A DNA stretch of 64,000 bases from Opitutia bacterium (lineage in GTDB: Bacteria; Verrucomicrobiota; Verrucomicrobiia; Opitutales; Opitutaceae): positions 672,001-736,000 of the forward strand of contig CANJVR010000002.1 of assembly GCA_947478395.1 (NCBI GenBank). The letters are read 5' to 3'. Numbering within the stretch: the first letter of the stretch is position 1; each line of letters opens with the position of its first letter. Below, piece after piece: positions 50,978 to 60,978 of this stretch. Position numbers and translations under genes: made by a program. A model generated the notes under the pieces. The model had not been told where the DNA came from. It did not search any database and saw only the letters and a list, made by a program, of their open reading frames with translations.

Positions 50978-53719
50978 CTAGAGGAGCTCCCCGTCCGGCG
51001 TCGAAGTGCGCCGCGCCGTGACCCCCGCCAGACGACGGCAGGTTGCCAGCGTATCGATCTCGCCCACTGTCTTTTCATTACGGATACGGGCAATGCGGGG
51101 AAAACGCAGCGCAAAACCGCTCTGGTGCCGCGTACTCGGCTGGATCGAATCAAAGGCGATCTCAATGACCGTGTCAGGCACAACGTGACGCCGCCGGCCC
51201 TGGACCTCGAGTGTCGTTTCCAAAAAATGACCGGTCAGCGCGGCGATCTTAGCATCCGTGAGACCCGAGTATGCTTTCCCCACCGTGAGGAGCCGATTGC
51301 CGTTTTCTTCGTCGCGGATGGCGAACGTGTAATCGCTAAGCACATCGCGACGCTTGCCGTGACCGAACTCGACCGCGACCACGACAACATCGAGCGTGGC
51401 GTAGGCTTTTTTAAATTTGATCCACGCGAGTCCGCGCCGACCCGGCGTGTAAAGACTCATCGGATCTTTCGCCATCAGGCCTTCGTGTCCACGCGCGCGC
51501 GCGGCGAGGAACGCGGCCTCGATTTCGCGCGCCGTGCTGGCTTGTGTCACCGGCGCGATGGCCAACGACGTTCGTCGGGCCCCGCTTGAAACCGAGAGGA
51601 TTTCCGCCAGCGCGGCGCGGCGTTCCAGCAAAGGAGTTTTCAGCCAGCTCACACCGTCCCGCCAAAGAAGATCGTAGACCGAAAAAGCGACCGGGATTTC
51701 GGCGCCGAGGAAAAAATCGTCACCCTTGCGCCCGAGTCTTTTTTGCAGCTCGGCAAACGGCAGCGCGCGATCCCCCCGCCACGCGAGCAGTTCGCCGTCG
51801 AGGATACAGTCGGCCGGTAGCGATTGAGCGGCGCGCACGAGGTCGGGAAATTGCTCCGTGATCCGGTGTAGATCGCGCGAGTACAGCTCGACCCGTTCGC
51901 CCTGCTTGTGCAGCTGGCAGCGGATGCCGTCGTACTTTTCCTCGAGCCAAACCGGGGCGGCCAGGCGCTCGAGCACCGCCGTGGCGGTGGGCTCGGGACT
52001 CGCGAGCATAAATTGGACGGGGTGAAACACCCGTAGCTGGATCGCTTCGAGTTGACCGGCAAACGCCGCGACCGTGACCGCGGACAAATCGCCGCACTGC
52101 ATGTGGGCTTCACGAATAAGATCGAGCGCCTGGCCAGTGGCCGCCGCGAGCGCTTCCTCCACCAGGCTGTCCTTCAAACCAATGCGGAGATCGCCGAGAA
52201 TAATCTTGGTCAGATATTTTGCTTCGAACGGCGCTAGCGTCGCGAAACGAGCCTGAAGCAGGTCGAGTTTCGCCGTGGGCTCACGCTTCGTGGCCAGCAA
52301 AGCCAATAGTTCGGCGAGGTCCGCCAACGCCCATGGCTGCGGCGCGGTACGGCCGGTGAGCACCGCCTCGGCGGCATCGCCCGCGTCAGGGAATCTTTGA
52401 TAAGCGGCGCGGTAGTCCGCCGGAGTCAAACCGGCGACGGCGAGCACCGCACGCTGCACCACCGCCCACCCGAGATTGAGCGTACGGTCCGAGGATTGGG
52501 GAAAAGCCCGTCCGGTTAAATAAAGCGAGGCGAGTGCGGCATTTCCCGGCGTAAGCCGCCCCAGGTAGTCGCGGATCAAGGTGATCTTATCCCGACGTGC
52601 GGCGGTGAGCTTGAGCTGATCCGCGAGTCGGGAAAACGCGGCGAAATCCTCGGGGCACGTGACCGCCGGAGCCGTCGGCAAAGTTGTCGAAGGCAAATCC
52701 GATCTCAGCGGCGACCGGCGGATATTTTGCGCCGGAAGTGAAAGCTCGATCTGGTTGGGCTGATTAATCGCCCACGCGTCGACCCCGCGCTCGCGCAGCG
52801 TCTGCGCGAATTGCGCGGAGAATCCATGCAGCGTCAGCACGCGTCGCGGTTGCACCAATTCGACAAACCGCAGGAGGTCGTTGAAGTCGGCGTGGTCGGA
52901 AAGCGGGAACGCCGCGTCACATTGATAGCGATAAATCGCGGCGGGATCGAGCGCCCAGCCGGTGATGACCGCCGTGCGGTGACGCGTAATTTTCTTCAGG
53001 AAAGCGGAGGCGCTCGACTGGGGCGGACAAATCACGACGTGGCCCGCAAGTTCGGGCGCGGAAAATTCACGGTAAGCAGGAAACGTCAGACCCAGTTCCT
53101 CGCAGACCCGCGTGAGTTTTAGCGTTTGCGGATGGAGCATCACGGGCAACCCGGCACCCGCAAGACTCGCCAGCAGTTCCTGGCTCTTCCCGAGACTGTA
53201 ACCGAAGAGCACAGGCGTCTCGCCGTCTTCGAGGGTCTGATGACAAAAGAGAACAATCGCGGCGAGCACCTCGACGGTGGGAGGAAGCACGTAGCGCGGC
53301 AGACCGTAGGTCGTTTCCATGATGAGCACATCGGCGCGCGGCGTGGCGCATGGCTCCGCGGAAAGGCCGCGGCGGAGTTTGAAGTCGCCGGTGTACAACA
53401 AAGAACCGTGCGCGGCGTGATCGAGCAGACATTGGGCCGAGCCAAAAATATGGCCCGCCGGATGGAGTGTCACAGTGGTATCGGCGGTGAGCTGTTCGGT
53501 GTGGCCGAAAGGCAGCACGTGTTCGATTCGCTTCGCCGGTAGTCGTGCCCGCATGAGCCGGGCGGTTCCGGACGAGCAGAGAATTTCCCGATGGGCCGCG
53601 AGGTGGTCGAAATGCGCATGGGAAACAAACGAGCGCGCGGTCGGAAAGTGCGCGTCGAGCCACCAGTCGGTTTGCGGCAGATAAAGGCTGCCCGAACGAA
53701 ATTGAATGTCCCAAGCCAT
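50978..53719 (-). CDS. MBL-fold (beta-CASP-like) nuclease fused to ATP-dependent DNA ligase
   Basis: SHAHFDH, AGHIFGS, YTGDF, METTYG, LSDHAD; ligase EEKYDGIR, LDGE, EGLMAK, ALRFPR. Confidence 0.92.
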   Translation of the reverse strand: MAWDIQFRSGSLYLPQTDWWLDAHFPTARSFVSHAHFDHLAAHREILCSSGTARLMRARLPAKRIEHVLPFGHTEQLTADTTVTLHPAGHIFGSAQCLLDHAAHGSLLYTGDFKLRRGLSAEPCATPRADVLIMETTYGLPRYVLPPTVEVLAAIVLFCHQTLEDGETPVLFGYSLGKSQELLASLAGAGLPVMLHPQTLKLTRVCEELGLTFPAYREFSAPELAGHVVICPPQSSASAFLKKITRHRTAVITGWALDPAAIYRYQCDAAFPLSDHADFNDLLRFVELVQPRRVLTLHGFSAQFAQTLRERGVDAWAINQPNQIELSLPAQNIRRSPLRSDLPSTTLPTAPAVTCPEDFAAFSRLADQLKLTAARRDKITLIRDYLGRLTPGNAALASLYLTGRAFPQSSDRTLNLGWAVVQRAVLAVAGLTPADYRAAYQRFPDAGDAAEAVLTGRTAPQPWALADLAELLALLATKREPTAKLDLLQARFATLAPFEAKYLTKIILGDLRIGLKDSLVEEALAAATGQALDLIREAHMQCGDLSAVTVAAFAGQLEAIQLRVFHPVQFMLASPEPTATAVLERLAAPVWLEEKYDGIRCQLHKQGERVELYSRDLHRITEQFPDLVRAAQSLPADCILDGELLAWRGDRALPFAELQKRLGRKGDDFFLGAEIPVAFSVYDLLWRDGVSWLKTPLLERRAALAEILSVSSGARRTSLAIAPVTQASTAREIEAAFLAARARGHEGLMAKDPMSLYTPGRRGLAWIKFKKAYATLDVVVVAVEFGHGKRRDVLSDYTFAIRDEENGNRLLTVGKAYSGLTDAKIAALTGHFLETTLEVQGRRRHVVPDTVIEIAFDSIQPSTRHQSGFALRFPRIARIRNEKTVGEIDTLATCRRLAGVTARRTSTPDGELL

Positions 53720-53806
53720 CAGGGAAGGAAAACGCAGGGGACGCGCCCCCGCGTTGGACGCAAGCCCAAGCTCGGAAAATCGCAGGAGCTCAGGGTCCCG
53801 ATGCAG

Positions 53807-53879
53807 AAGGGGTGCCCCACCCCGCTTGGACGTTATATCGCCGGCGACGCTTTTGCGGGGTGAGGGCACCCCGCCTCCA
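53807..53879. repeat. REP-like doublet
   Basis: GGGGTGCCCCACCCCGC...GCGGGGTGAGGGCACCCCGCCTCCA. Confidence 0.65.
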
Positions 53880-53922
53880 TGGCAGACGTTTCAGCGCCGG
53901 AACATCCAGCGCCGGAAATGAA

Positions 53923-54180
53923 TCAGGGCCAACCAAGCGCGCGGACAATAAGGAGCGCGGCGAGCAGGCTCAAAACCGTCCCCATCAACCAACGCCAAAA
54001 CCAAGCGGTTCGGGCTGGCTCGGGCGCTTCGTCGGGCAGGTCCAGCCCATCGTAGATCGATTGCTCCCGCCAGCCGGTGCGTTCGTCCGCTCCGCACTCC
54101 GGACAGGCCAAGGCGCGCGGCGCGATGTCCGCGCCGCATTGCGCACATTCCTCCGGAGCGATTCGCTCGGACGCCTTCAT
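53923..54180 (-). CDS. Small zinc-ribbon membrane protein
   Basis: CAQC...CPECG then a C-terminal TM; ATG overlaps the upstream stop by 4 bp. Confidence 0.78.
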   Translation of the reverse strand: MKASERIAPEECAQCGADIAPRALACPECGADERTGWREQSIYDGLDLPDEAPEPARTAWFWRWLMGTVLSLLAALLIVRALGWP

Positions 54181-55325
54181 GCACTTAGTGGCTTCAGGTA
54201 TTTTCGTTTCCCGAGACGCCAGGCGGTCACGACAAAGGCCGTGAGCGGGATGGCCAAAAGCATACCAAGGATGCCATCGAGCGCCGTGCCCCAAAAGAAA
54301 ATCGAAATAATGATTATGACCGGATGAAGCCCGGTGCGCTGGCCCATGATCTTCGGCGTGAGAAACCAGCCCTCCACCGATTGCACGACGACCTTTACCG
54401 CCAGCACAAGCGCGGCGAGTTTCCAACCACCGCCCGGTTGAAAAAACGCCAGCGGCAGCGTCACGAGCAGACCGATGATGCTGCCGAGATAGGGCACGAT
54501 GTTGAGCAGCCCCACGGTCAAACCGATCACGAGGCCGAATTTGAGACCGATCAGCGTGAAGCCGAGCGCGAGCAGCACGCCCATGATCAGGCCAATGAGC
54601 AGCTGACCGCGGAAAAACGATTCGACGATGCCCACGAATTCGCTGATCAAAAAAGCGATGTCTTCGCGCCCACCGGATGGGACGAACGGGAGCTCCATCG
54701 AAACTTTCTGCTTCGGATTGCCGCGCATTAAGAGGAAGAAAAATAGATAGACGGGAACGATAGCGACGTGGCTAAGAAACGCGAAGGTGCCGACCACGCC
54801 GCCGCCGGTGGCGGCGAGCGACGGCAGAAACGAGGCGATCTTGGTGTTCAGCTCGTAGAGCGTCGAATCGACCATTTTACTCACGGTCGGATTCTCGATG
54901 CGGGCGCGGATGACCTCGATCCAAGTCGGATAATGAATCTGGCCGTATTTGGTCACGTCGCTCCAGAGCGTGGGAACGTAGTCGATGAAATCCAGCACCT
55001 GATCGATCACGGGTGGCACGATCAGCAGCAACATGCCGCCGATCACGATCACGAAGAGGGCATAGAGCACAGAAACCGCGACGGTACGCCGGCCGCGGAC
55101 CCATATTTCCAGACGTTGCACCACGGGTCGCAGGATCAACGCTAGCACGCCCGCGACGGCGAGCGGCCATAGCACTCCGGAAAAATATCCGACCAGGCGG
55201 CTCACGCCGACCAGGACTGCGACCATCATCGCCGCCACGCCCAACACGGCGAAAAACGTGATGCTGAAAGCGACCGCTCGACGCTGCCCGGGGCCGAGAA
55301 GAGGTGAACCTGTGGACAAAGACAC
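54177..55325 (-). CDS. AI-2E family transporter
   Basis: FFRGQLLI, LNIVPYLG, QSVEGWFLTPKIMG...GLHP, GMLLAIP. Start uncertain. Confidence 0.9.
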   Translation of the reverse strand: MSLSTGSPLLGPGQRRAVAFSITFFAVLGVAAMMVAVLVGVSRLVGYFSGVLWPLAVAGVLALILRPVVQRLEIWVRGRRTVAVSVLYALFVIVIGGMLLLIVPPVIDQVLDFIDYVPTLWSDVTKYGQIHYPTWIEVIRARIENPTVSKMVDSTLYELNTKIASFLPSLAATGGGVVGTFAFLSHVAIVPVYLFFFLLMRGNPKQKVSMELPFVPSGGREDIAFLISEFVGIVESFFRGQLLIGLIMGVLLALGFTLIGLKFGLVIGLTVGLLNIVPYLGSIIGLLVTLPLAFFQPGGGWKLAALVLAVKVVVQSVEGWFLTPKIMGQRTGLHPVIIIISIFFWGTALDGILGMLLAIPLTAFVVTAWRLGKRKYLKPLSA

Positions 55326-55602
55326 GGCGGCGAGGTTGAGAATGCCGGAGGCGGTTGACGAGTGCGGAAACAGGAAGAGCAAACGCGTCCGCCGCCAAAA
55401 CAATACCTTCAAAATCAAGATCGGCGGCTCGCTGGCGAGCGCCGGAGCATCCGCGAGCGGACCGGCCCACACGCGCACTCAACCCTCGCGGCCATCCGCG
55501 CGGCCTTCAGGTATTGGCGGAGCAAGCTTCGTCGGCGCACCGCAGAAAGTGCGCGAGGTGCATTGACCTACGCCTCGGATGCGTAAGCTGCGCGTTCAAC
55601 GA

Positions 55603-58467
55603 ATGCAGGCCGCGACCCACATCCACGTCAAAGGTGCACGTGAGCACAACCTCAAGAACCTCGACCTGCGCATCCCGCGCGGAAAACTCGTCGTTTTTAC
55701 CGGGCCAAGCGGCTCCGGCAAATCGTCGCTGGCTTTCGACACGATCTACGCGGAGGGCTACCGCAAATACATGGAGAGCCTTTCCACCCAGGCGCGCCAG
55801 GTCCTCGATCAACTGAAGCGGCCTGATGTCGACTTTATCCACGGACTTTCACCCGTGCTCGCGATCGAGCAGCGCACCGGGGGAAGTTCGCCGCGCACCA
55901 CCATCGCAACCGTCACCGAGCTGGCCGACTACGCGCAGTTACTCTGGGCGCTGGCGGGCGAGCAGCGGTGTCCGAAGGACGGCGGACGCGTGGTGCAGCG
56001 ATCACTCGACGACAATGTGCAACGCGTGCTCACCGCGTGCGCCGGCGAGCGGGTCGTGCTCCTCGCGCCAGCCCTGCGGGCCAAAACGAGCGTGTTACGG
56101 GACGAACTGCCTCGTCTGCGTCAGCGCGGCTTCCAACGCGTGCGGCTCGATGGAGAAATAAAAAACCTCGACGATCCCAAGTTGGTCGCCACCGGTCTCG
56201 GCACGAAGGAAATTCAGGTCGACCTCGTGATTGACCGGCTGGTCGCCAACGCGGACCAACGCAGCCGGCTGGCGGACTCGCTCGAACTCGCGTTCCGCGA
56301 GGGCAAGGACCGCGTGATCGTACTCGCGCAAAAAAACGCCGAAGCCCCGTGGCGCGAATTGGGCCTGAGCCAGTCACTCGCGTGCGAAATTTGCGGCGAC
56401 GTTTTCGACAAACTCACGCCGCGGCATTTTTCGTTCAATCACGGGGAAGGCGCCTGCGGCACGTGCAGCGGCTTGGGGCGCAAACTGCGTTTTGTGCCGG
56501 AGCTGATCGTACCTGATCCGGAAAAATCCGTGCGTGAAGGCGCGCTCAAGCCGTGGCGTATCGGCGGGAAAAATCTCATCATCAAACACAACGCGCTGCT
56601 GAAACAGCTCGCGGCGCAGTTGCCCTTCGACGCGGAAGTTCCGTGGAAAAAACTCCCGGAGGAAACGCGAACCGCCATCCTGCGCGGCGCGGGGGAACGC
56701 GAATTCGCGTTTAAGCTGCGGCGGATGCGCGAGGCCAAGGCCACCCCATTCGCGGGCGTGATCGCCGACCTGGAGGACAGTTTTCGGAACACGGACAGCG
56801 ATGGTTTTCGAGCGCGCCTGACGACCTTCATGGTCAGCGGCGAGTGCCCCGAGTGCCACGGCACCCGGCTTACCGCGCGCAGCGGCGCGGTGATGGTCGC
56901 GCAGAAAACGTTTCCCCAATTCATGGCGCTCGACATCGGCGAGGCGCATGCGTTTGCGCGCGATCTCGTCACGACCTACAGCGGCGATGCGGCGTTGAAT
57001 GAAGTCGTCGTTGGTATCGAGCAACGGCTCCATTTTCTCCTCGAAACCGGCCTCGGCTACCTGACGCTCGAACGCGACTACGCAACCCTCTCAGGTGGGG
57101 AATCACAGCGCGTTCGCCTTGCCACCCAGCTGGGCATGGGACTGATCGGCGTGATCTACGTGCTCGACGAACCGAGCATCGGGCTGCACGCACACGACAA
57201 CCAAAAGCTGATCGAGACACTCGTCGCCCTGCGCGATCGCGGCAACACCGTGCTCGTGGTCGAACACGACGAGGACACGATGCGGGCCGCGGATGAAATC
57301 ATCGAACTCGGTCCGCAGGCTGGAGTCGAAGGCGGACGCCTTTTATTTCAAGGTACGCCGCTCGCGCTCGCTGCGCTGCCTCCGACGCTGTCGCGGACCG
57401 GACCATATTTGGCCCGGATCCAATCGGTCACGAAGGAAGCAAAATTAAAAACGCCGGACGGCGCCTGGCTGACCGTGCGGGCCGCGGGGGAACACAATCT
57501 CAAGGGCATCGACGCGAAGTTTCCCATCGGGTTGCTGACCTGCGTGACCGGAGTTTCGGGTTCGGGCAAAAGCACCCTGGTGAACGATGTGCTCGCGGCC
57601 GCGGCCGCGCGAAAACTCAACGGCGCACGCACCCTTCCCGGCAAACACCGGCACATCGAGAATCTCGATTTCTTCGAGAAACTCGTGCAGGTCGACCAGG
57701 AGCCCATCGGGCGAAGCCCGCGGTCTAATCCCGCGACGTATACCGATCTGCTCGGGCTGTTGCGGGATCTTTTTGCCCAGGTGCCGCTCGCCAAAGTGCG
57801 CGGCTATAAGGCCAGCCGGTTTTCTTTCAACGTGCGCGGCGGACGTTGCGAGCGCTGCCAAGGCGATGGGGCGATCAAACTCGACATGCAGTTCATGGCG
57901 GACGCGTATGCGCCGTGTCCGAGCTGCAACGGACAGCGTTACAACCGCGAAACGCTGGAGATTTTGTTTCACGGAAAATCGATTGCGGACGTGCTCGCGA
58001 TGACCGTGCGGGAAGCGATCGTACTTTTTCGCAACATTCCACGGGTCCTCGACAAACTTGCCACGCTCGACGCCGTCGGGCTCGGTTATCTCACACTGGG
58101 GCAGTCGGCGACGACCCTTTCAGGCGGCGAGGCGCAACGACTGAAACTGTCGCTCGAACTCAGCAAACGCCAGCAGGGCTCGGTGCTCTACATTCTCGAC
58201 GAACCCACGACGGGGCTGCACTGGGTCGATATCCAAAATCTCATGGATCTGTTGTTCAAGCTGCGCGACCAGGGCAACACGGTCATCGTGATCGAGCACA
58301 ATCTCGACGTGATCCATCTCGCGGACTGGGTCATCGATCTGGGACCGGGCGGTGGACGCGATGGCGGCGAACTGATTTACGCCGGTCCGCGCGCCGGGCT
58401 CGAAGCGAGCGAACGTTCCCTGACCGGCCAGGCGCTGAAACGCTGGAGCCGGACCTCAAAGAAGTAG
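55603..58467 (+). CDS. uvrA: Excinuclease ABC subunit A
   Basis: [54 protein letters not shown], Zn fingers. Confidence 0.97.
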   Translation: MQAATHIHVKGAREHNLKNLDLRIPRGKLVVFTGPSGSGKSSLAFDTIYAEGYRKYMESLSTQARQVLDQLKRPDVDFIHGLSPVLAIEQRTGGSSPRTTIATVTELADYAQLLWALAGEQRCPKDGGRVVQRSLDDNVQRVLTACAGERVVLLAPALRAKTSVLRDELPRLRQRGFQRVRLDGEIKNLDDPKLVATGLGTKEIQVDLVIDRLVANADQRSRLADSLELAFREGKDRVIVLAQKNAEAPWRELGLSQSLACEICGDVFDKLTPRHFSFNHGEGACGTCSGLGRKLRFVPELIVPDPEKSVREGALKPWRIGGKNLIIKHNALLKQLAAQLPFDAEVPWKKLPEETRTAILRGAGEREFAFKLRRMREAKATPFAGVIADLEDSFRNTDSDGFRARLTTFMVSGECPECHGTRLTARSGAVMVAQKTFPQFMALDIGEAHAFARDLVTTYSGDAALNEVVVGIEQRLHFLLETGLGYLTLERDYATLSGGESQRVRLATQLGMGLIGVIYVLDEPSIGLHAHDNQKLIETLVALRDRGNTVLVVEHDEDTMRAADEIIELGPQAGVEGGRLLFQGTPLALAALPPTLSRTGPYLARIQSVTKEAKLKTPDGAWLTVRAAGEHNLKGIDAKFPIGLLTCVTGVSGSGKSTLVNDVLAAAAARKLNGARTLPGKHRHIENLDFFEKLVQVDQEPIGRSPRSNPATYTDLLGLLRDLFAQVPLAKVRGYKASRFSFNVRGGRCERCQGDGAIKLDMQFMADAYAPCPSCNGQRYNRETLEILFHGKSIADVLAMTVREAIVLFRNIPRVLDKLATLDAVGLGYLTLGQSATTLSGGEAQRLKLSLELSKRQQGSVLYILDEPTTGLHWVDIQNLMDLLFKLRDQGNTVIVIEHNLDVIHLADWVIDLGPGGGRDGGELIYAGPRAGLEASERSLTGQALKRWSRTSKK

Positions 58468-58604
58468 ATCAGCGGACCGTGCGGCCTACCACGCATTGCG
58501 CCCGCCAAGGTACGAATCCCGGCCACTTTGCTGCCCGCCGACGCCCCATTTTACGCCCGCGGGCGGCTCGCAGCCCCCTCGCCTGCGCGTTTTGCCCGCC
58601 GCCC

Positions 58605-58625
58605 ATGTCACTTATTAAGTGACAT
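58605..58625. repeat. 21-bp palindrome, copy 1
   Basis: ATGTCACTTA-T-TAAGTGACAT, perfect 10-bp arms. Confidence 0.9.
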
Positions 58626-58652
58626 TCCAACCGGCCGTCCCGCGGAAATTTT

Positions 58653-59018
58653 TCACGCGGGCCGGCGCTTGAGATGCACAGCGGCAAGCCACGCGAGCAA
58701 TTGCAGGGTGCGTTCGGCGTCGGGCATCTGGGTGCGCGAGGTGACAAAGGCGTTTACCCGCTGGCGGTGAAGTCCAAGCAGTCGGGCCAGATTAGCCTGC
58801 GTACCATAGCGGCGAAGGTGCGGTCGCAGTTGAGCGCGCAATTCGTTCCATAGTGGAGTCTCGCGCCCTGGACGCAGCGTAACGCCCCGCTTGGGCCTCC
58901 GGCCAATCTGAAAGGCCTTGATCGAGTGTGCCGCGTAGCTGGCGGACGCCTGAAGGATAATATCCGCGAGTTGGATGGGAAGTTCGAGCGACCGGGGGAT
59001 GATTGAAGGTTGGGGCAT
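58653..59018 (-). CDS. Small basic putative HTH DNA-binding protein
   Basis: TLRPGRETPLWNEL...YGTQANLARLLGLHRQRVNAFV...MPDAERTL; Cro/XRE-like spacing. Confidence 0.7.
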   Translation of the reverse strand: MPQPSIIPRSLELPIQLADIILQASASYAAHSIKAFQIGRRPKRGVTLRPGRETPLWNELRAQLRPHLRRYGTQANLARLLGLHRQRVNAFVTSRTQMPDAERTLQLLAWLAAVHLKRRPA

Positions 59019-59042
59019 GTCACCTATTAAGTGACATGCCCC
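59012..59042. repeat. Palindrome copy 2 (extended to 31 bp, overlaps HTH start codon)
   Basis: GGGGCATGTCAC-CTATTAA-GTGACATGCCCC. Confidence 0.9.
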
Positions 59043-59084
59043 GCGCATTTCCACGGTCGGCGCTGTCTTATGAGTACGTTTTGA

Positions 59085-59105
59085 ATGTCACTTAATAAGT
59101 GACAA
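59085..59105. repeat. Palindrome copy 3
   Basis: ATGTCACTTAATAAGTGACAA. Confidence 0.9.
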
Positions 59106-59218
59106 GTGCGTGGTCCACGACGGCGGAAGAGGGGCGATGTGAGCCGACGCGTGTGGCGCGGGAGTGAAAGGGCTAGTTGGGTCTCGTATCGGGAGGTCGA
59201 AGGGTAAAGGGTGCCCCC

Positions 59219-59881
59219 ATGCCGCCTGACCCCAACGCGCAGTTTGACCAGACCGTTTTGTCGATGATCGAGCACAGTCCAGTAGGCGCGGTGCCCCACA
59301 CCCCCGCCTACCGCGACGCCCTCGTGCGACTGTACGCCACCCATCAAGTCTACGCCGACGCAGACCACAAAGACGGGCATGTGACCGTGCGCTCGCTCAC
59401 CCAGAGTGCCAGCTTTCAGGCCGCAAACGCAGAGGCTTTCGCGGAGAGCAAAATAGCCGCCGAGGCGCTGGAATCCAACGGGGCCATTTTCGATCGCTAC
59501 CTGCAATCGCGGCCCGAAGCGACGCGCGCGAAGGCCGAGAGTTTTCGGTTACGCGTAGTGGGCCGGTCGATTCATCACCGCAAACATCACGGTGCATCCG
59601 CTCCGCCCCTCGTGCATGACGCCGTGCACAGCCTTTTCTTGGTGCCGGGCGCCGGTCCTCATCCAGGACTGCCGGGAAATTATCTTTATGGCTCGGTATT
59701 CGAGGTGAACGCGACGATCACCCCCAGCCCATGGGCGATCGCCGTACACGACGCGGATGACGGTGCGGCGTTGTTCGACGCGCCCGATTTGGCGTCAGCC
59801 TGGGCCAAATTGCGCGAGCTGCAGGAAAGCGCGCCTTTTCACTTGAGCGAGTTGGCGGCGCTGGGCTTCAGGCCGAATTAA
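59219..59881 (+). CDS. Hypothetical protein
   Basis: 220-aa ORF from MPPDPNAQ with genome-like codon use, His-rich; no family recognised. Confidence 0.7.
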   Translation: MPPDPNAQFDQTVLSMIEHSPVGAVPHTPAYRDALVRLYATHQVYADADHKDGHVTVRSLTQSASFQAANAEAFAESKIAAEALESNGAIFDRYLQSRPEATRAKAESFRLRVVGRSIHHRKHHGASAPPLVHDAVHSLFLVPGAGPHPGLPGNYLYGSVFEVNATITPSPWAIAVHDADDGAALFDAPDLASAWAKLRELQESAPFHLSELAALGFRPN

Positions 59882-60003
59882 GAGCCGATCCGAACGGCCC
59901 CAGGAAATATTCTTGGGTAGGTCAACCCGCTTGCCCGCGCTCCGGGTTAAAGAGCGCGCGCAGCCGCGCAAACCTACGGGAGGAGGATGATTCGGATCGG
60001 ATC
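59882..60003. mobile_element. Putative 122-bp MITE
   Basis: TIRs GAGCCGATCCGAA / TTCGGATCGGATC (12/13), flanked on both sides by TAA. Confidence 0.6.
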
Positions 60004-60141
60004 TAAGTCTGGATGCTCTCCAGCCCGACAAATTTCTCTGTCTGTCTTGGATGATCCTTCGCGTTTACCTGCGACGTCTCCGCGGCCGGCTTAATTTCCG
60101 CTCGCCCCGCCCTTCGGCGTCGCATCCTCTCGACGCTTCGC

Positions 60142-60978
60142 ATGCGTTTTTTCCGGTTAATTTCTCTCTTGGGCCCCAGCATCCTTGCCGCGTGGGCGCA
60201 GCCGCCCGCCACGCTCCAGCCGGGTGAAGTGTTCACCTATAGCGTGGGTTGGGGGATTTTCGGCGGAGCCGGGGAAATCAAAATCGCCGCGGACCAGCCG
60301 CCCACCCAGCCTGACCAACTGCGGATTATGACCACAACCCGAACGCGCGGGTTTGCCCACACGCTCTACGCTTTCGACGCCGCGTCGGAATCCATTTTTG
60401 ACCTGAAAACCGGCCACCTCCTCCGCATCGCCGAAAAATCTGCCACGGAGAGCAAGCAGACCGAAACGCGGCTCACGTTCGAATATCAGGCGCGCACCTT
60501 CCGCTACACCGACACGCTTCGTCCCGCGCGTTCGCTCACGCTGCCCCTACCCGCGGGCGAGCCGCTCGATCTCATCAACTGCCTCCTGCAAACCCGGACC
60601 TGGAATCTTCCGCTGGGCGAGCACCGCGACGTTCTCGCGGTCTTCGATGACGAGCTTTATGAGCTCACGGTCTACGCGGAAAGCTACGAAGAAATTACCA
60701 CGCCGCTGGGTACGTTCAAGACGCTGGTGCTCGTGCCCAAAATGGAAAAGGGCCCGCTCAAGGGCATGTTCAAACGCGGCTCGACCGTACGCGTGTGGAT
60801 TTCCCAGGACGAACGTCACCTGCCGGTGCGTTTCAAAGTCGACTTCAGATTCGGTGCCGGCACGGCGACGCTCACCGATTACCAGCCGCCCTTGGCGGCG
60901 GCCACTTCCACTAAAAAACCGGCAGCTAACCGGGTCGGCGCCGGACCTCAGCCGAATGGATCGAATCCTCATCCTTAG
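60142..60978 (+). CDS. DUF3108-like secreted protein
   Basis: Signal peptide, GEVFTYSVGWG, TPLGTFKT, VWISQDERHLPV. Confidence 0.8.
   Translation: MRFFRLISLLGPSILAAWAQPPATLQPGEVFTYSVGWGIFGGAGEIKIAADQPPTQPDQLRIMTTTRTRGFAHTLYAFDAASESIFDLKTGHLLRIAEKSATESKQTETRLTFEYQARTFRYTDTLRPARSLTLPLPAGEPLDLINCLLQTRTWNLPLGEHRDVLAVFDDELYELTVYAESYEEITTPLGTFKTLVLVPKMEKGPLKGMFKRGSTVRVWISQDERHLPVRFKVDFRFGAGTATLTDYQPPLAAATSTKKPAANRVGAGPQPNGSNPHP

Noticed and set aside
55590..55606. LexA box upstream of uvrA (CGTTCAACGAATG)
   Set aside because: Spacer and flanks do not fit TGTTC-N4-GAACA; none seen upstream of uvrB either.
58605..59105. Palindrome copies as a CRISPR array
   Set aside because: Only three copies, irregular spacing (about 390 and 47 bp), a gene between them and no cas genes.
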